A stretch of DNA of 64,000 nt from Schmidtea polychroa (Eukaryota), in assembly GCA_044892525.1 (NCBI GenBank), contig CM097886.1, positions 60,698,001 through 60,762,000 on the forward strand. The letters are read 5' to 3'. The stretch's first letter is position 1; every line of letters starts with the position of its first letter. Of the stretch, positions 62,037 to 64,000 are shown one piece after another. The notes beneath the pieces were generated by a model that saw only the letters and a list, made by a program, of their open reading frames with translations, did not search any database and was not told the origin of the DNA. Both the position numbers and the translations under genes were made by a program.

Positions 62037-62372
62037 CAGGGATGCACAAAGTGCGGCCCGCGGGCCACATGCGGCCCTTTTGAATAATTTGTGCGGCCCT
62101 CGTGTATATTTATTTAATATATTTATTTAAATATTTATATAAAAACAAACTTGACACCAAATATTTTAAAAATTGTTAATAAAAAACAATGTCATATTGC
62201 TCCAAAAAAAAATTAAATTAATTATTTCAACTAAATTAAAATGCATTTTTTGTATATAGAAACCGGGTTATAATTTAAAATTTTACAGATTAGGTGTTTT
62301 TTCTAAATGTGGCCCTCATAGAATGTATTATTAGAAAATGTGGCACCCATACTGAAAAGTCGTGCATCCCTG
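62037..62372. mobile_element. hAT MITE
   Basis: Perfect 11-bp TIR CAGGGATGCAC. TSD GTTTCAAT/GTTTAAAT (7/8). GCGGCCC subterminal motifs. Confidence 0.9.
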
Positions 62373-63466
62373 GTTTAAATGAATTATAATACTAAATGAC
62401 TGTAATGAAAGTATAAATGGTATATCTGCAAAATTGACTAAATAATAATTAGGTCAAATAGTATTTTTACATTTATCTATATTTATATTTAATATATTTA
62501 CTTATAAGAAATAAGTTGAAGTTGAAGGAAATTACATTTTTATGGAAATATCGGAAATTTAAGACTTTTTGAAAGTTATGACCTCTAAATGTAAAATTAC
62601 TATATGATTTATCCATATTTAATTTTAATATTGTTCGCTTCCACTTTTATTCATTTGAAATAAATTCTTTAATAAATAGAAAATATGATGAAAAATACAT
62701 TTGGGTCAGTTGAAATTTGTGTAAATGAAAATTATTTAAAAAATCCGGTAACGAAAAGAAAATAGTTTTTAGGAAAATAAAACCCTAAATGCAAGATTTT
62801 TCAAAAAAAAACTAAATCCAAAAAACATGTTGGATTATTATTTAAATGTATGAGGCGATTTTTACGACATCTATAGGCAATAAACAGTATTAGAAATGAT
62901 GTACGTTATGTAGTCAATCAACAACACTAAGTATCAACTTAAAATCTACTTTACATATCCGTCGAGACAGCGAAATTCAGTATGTTGTCAAACGACAATG
63001 CAATGCATTTAATGGTTAACTAATAAAAATTATAAAAATACCAAGAGATTAATCAGGGAATTTGTTGGAAGCAATAATTAAAAGTTGTTATTGTTGTCGC
63101 AGGAAAGGAAAAAAATTAATATAATTGTAAAGGTATAAAAAAGTTAATTTAAACAAATTGCAGAGTTCAAATCTAATTAAAGTGATTATTATTTCATTTG
63201 AAAGACCTTGTGTGCTTGATCATATTAGTTTATTAAAATAAACGGTGGGAGATTTGTTATTCATTTAGTGAATTAAACCCGGTTTCGTTCTATTGCATTA
63301 CAATGAAATGCACATAGTCGTTTAAAATATTATAATATTATATATCCGAAGCCAAATATATTCGATATTTCTGTAAAAATATTTATTAACCACTTTCCAG
63401 AGAAATTTTTTTTCGCAATTGTCGGTAAAAAATTATCTTTTTATATCAATAATTTGTGCTATATAA

Positions 63467-63709
<243 letters not shown>

Positions 63710-64000
63710 CCTAATCAAATAACATAAAATTTTTTTTTAAAAATTTATAATTAATTTTTAATATGGAGTCACACGCATGTGAGCAGCATAAATGGCACGT
63801 TTTTTTGGCGCATATACGTGTGATCACCCTGGAAGTGGTTGAAGGAATAAATTGGTTGATTAAACGCGCCACAAAATTCTTAAATACTACCAAAGTTTTT
63901 ATAATAAAAAAGTACTTTAAAAAAAAATTCAAAAACTTATTCGGGTGCTATCGAGCACTATGGTTTTTTATCACTATTTGATAGCATTTTTTAAAAAATG

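Overview
AT-rich eukaryotic genomic DNA, very probably from a triclad planarian (inferred from a flatworm-type innexin N-terminus, a copy of the planarian spliced-leader exon and the base composition). Host genes: a 3-exon innexin (5587-9865, +), a single-exon Shaker/Kv1 channel CDS (52234-53673, -), two orphan single-exon ORFs (257 aa multipass membrane protein; 460 aa protein with an acylation-like N-terminus and KH-like C-terminus) and a histone H3 fragment. Most of the rest is nested mobile DNA. The largest piece is a decayed Maverick/Polinton (adintovirus-like) element, about 10.7-26.2 kb. It retains remnants of the packaging ATPase, integrase, two tandem penton-like genes, a QxGG core-like protein, the major capsid protein and the protease. 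A frameshifted TATA-binding-protein-like gene lies head-to-head with its ATPase. Other elements: many hAT elements and MITEs (one nearly intact, 4.8 kb), piggyBac, Gypsy and MULE remnants, a young DD34E Tc1/IS630 element, and an RLE-type non-LTR retrotransposon (NeSL/R2-like, with zinc fingers and a Ulp1-like protease). About 1.2 kb upstream of that retrotransposon is an apparent retrocopy of a trans-spliced mRNA that begins with an SL exon. There are two N gaps. No CRISPR array, rRNA or tRNA was seen. All family assignments come from manual translation and remembered motifs; no database searches were run.
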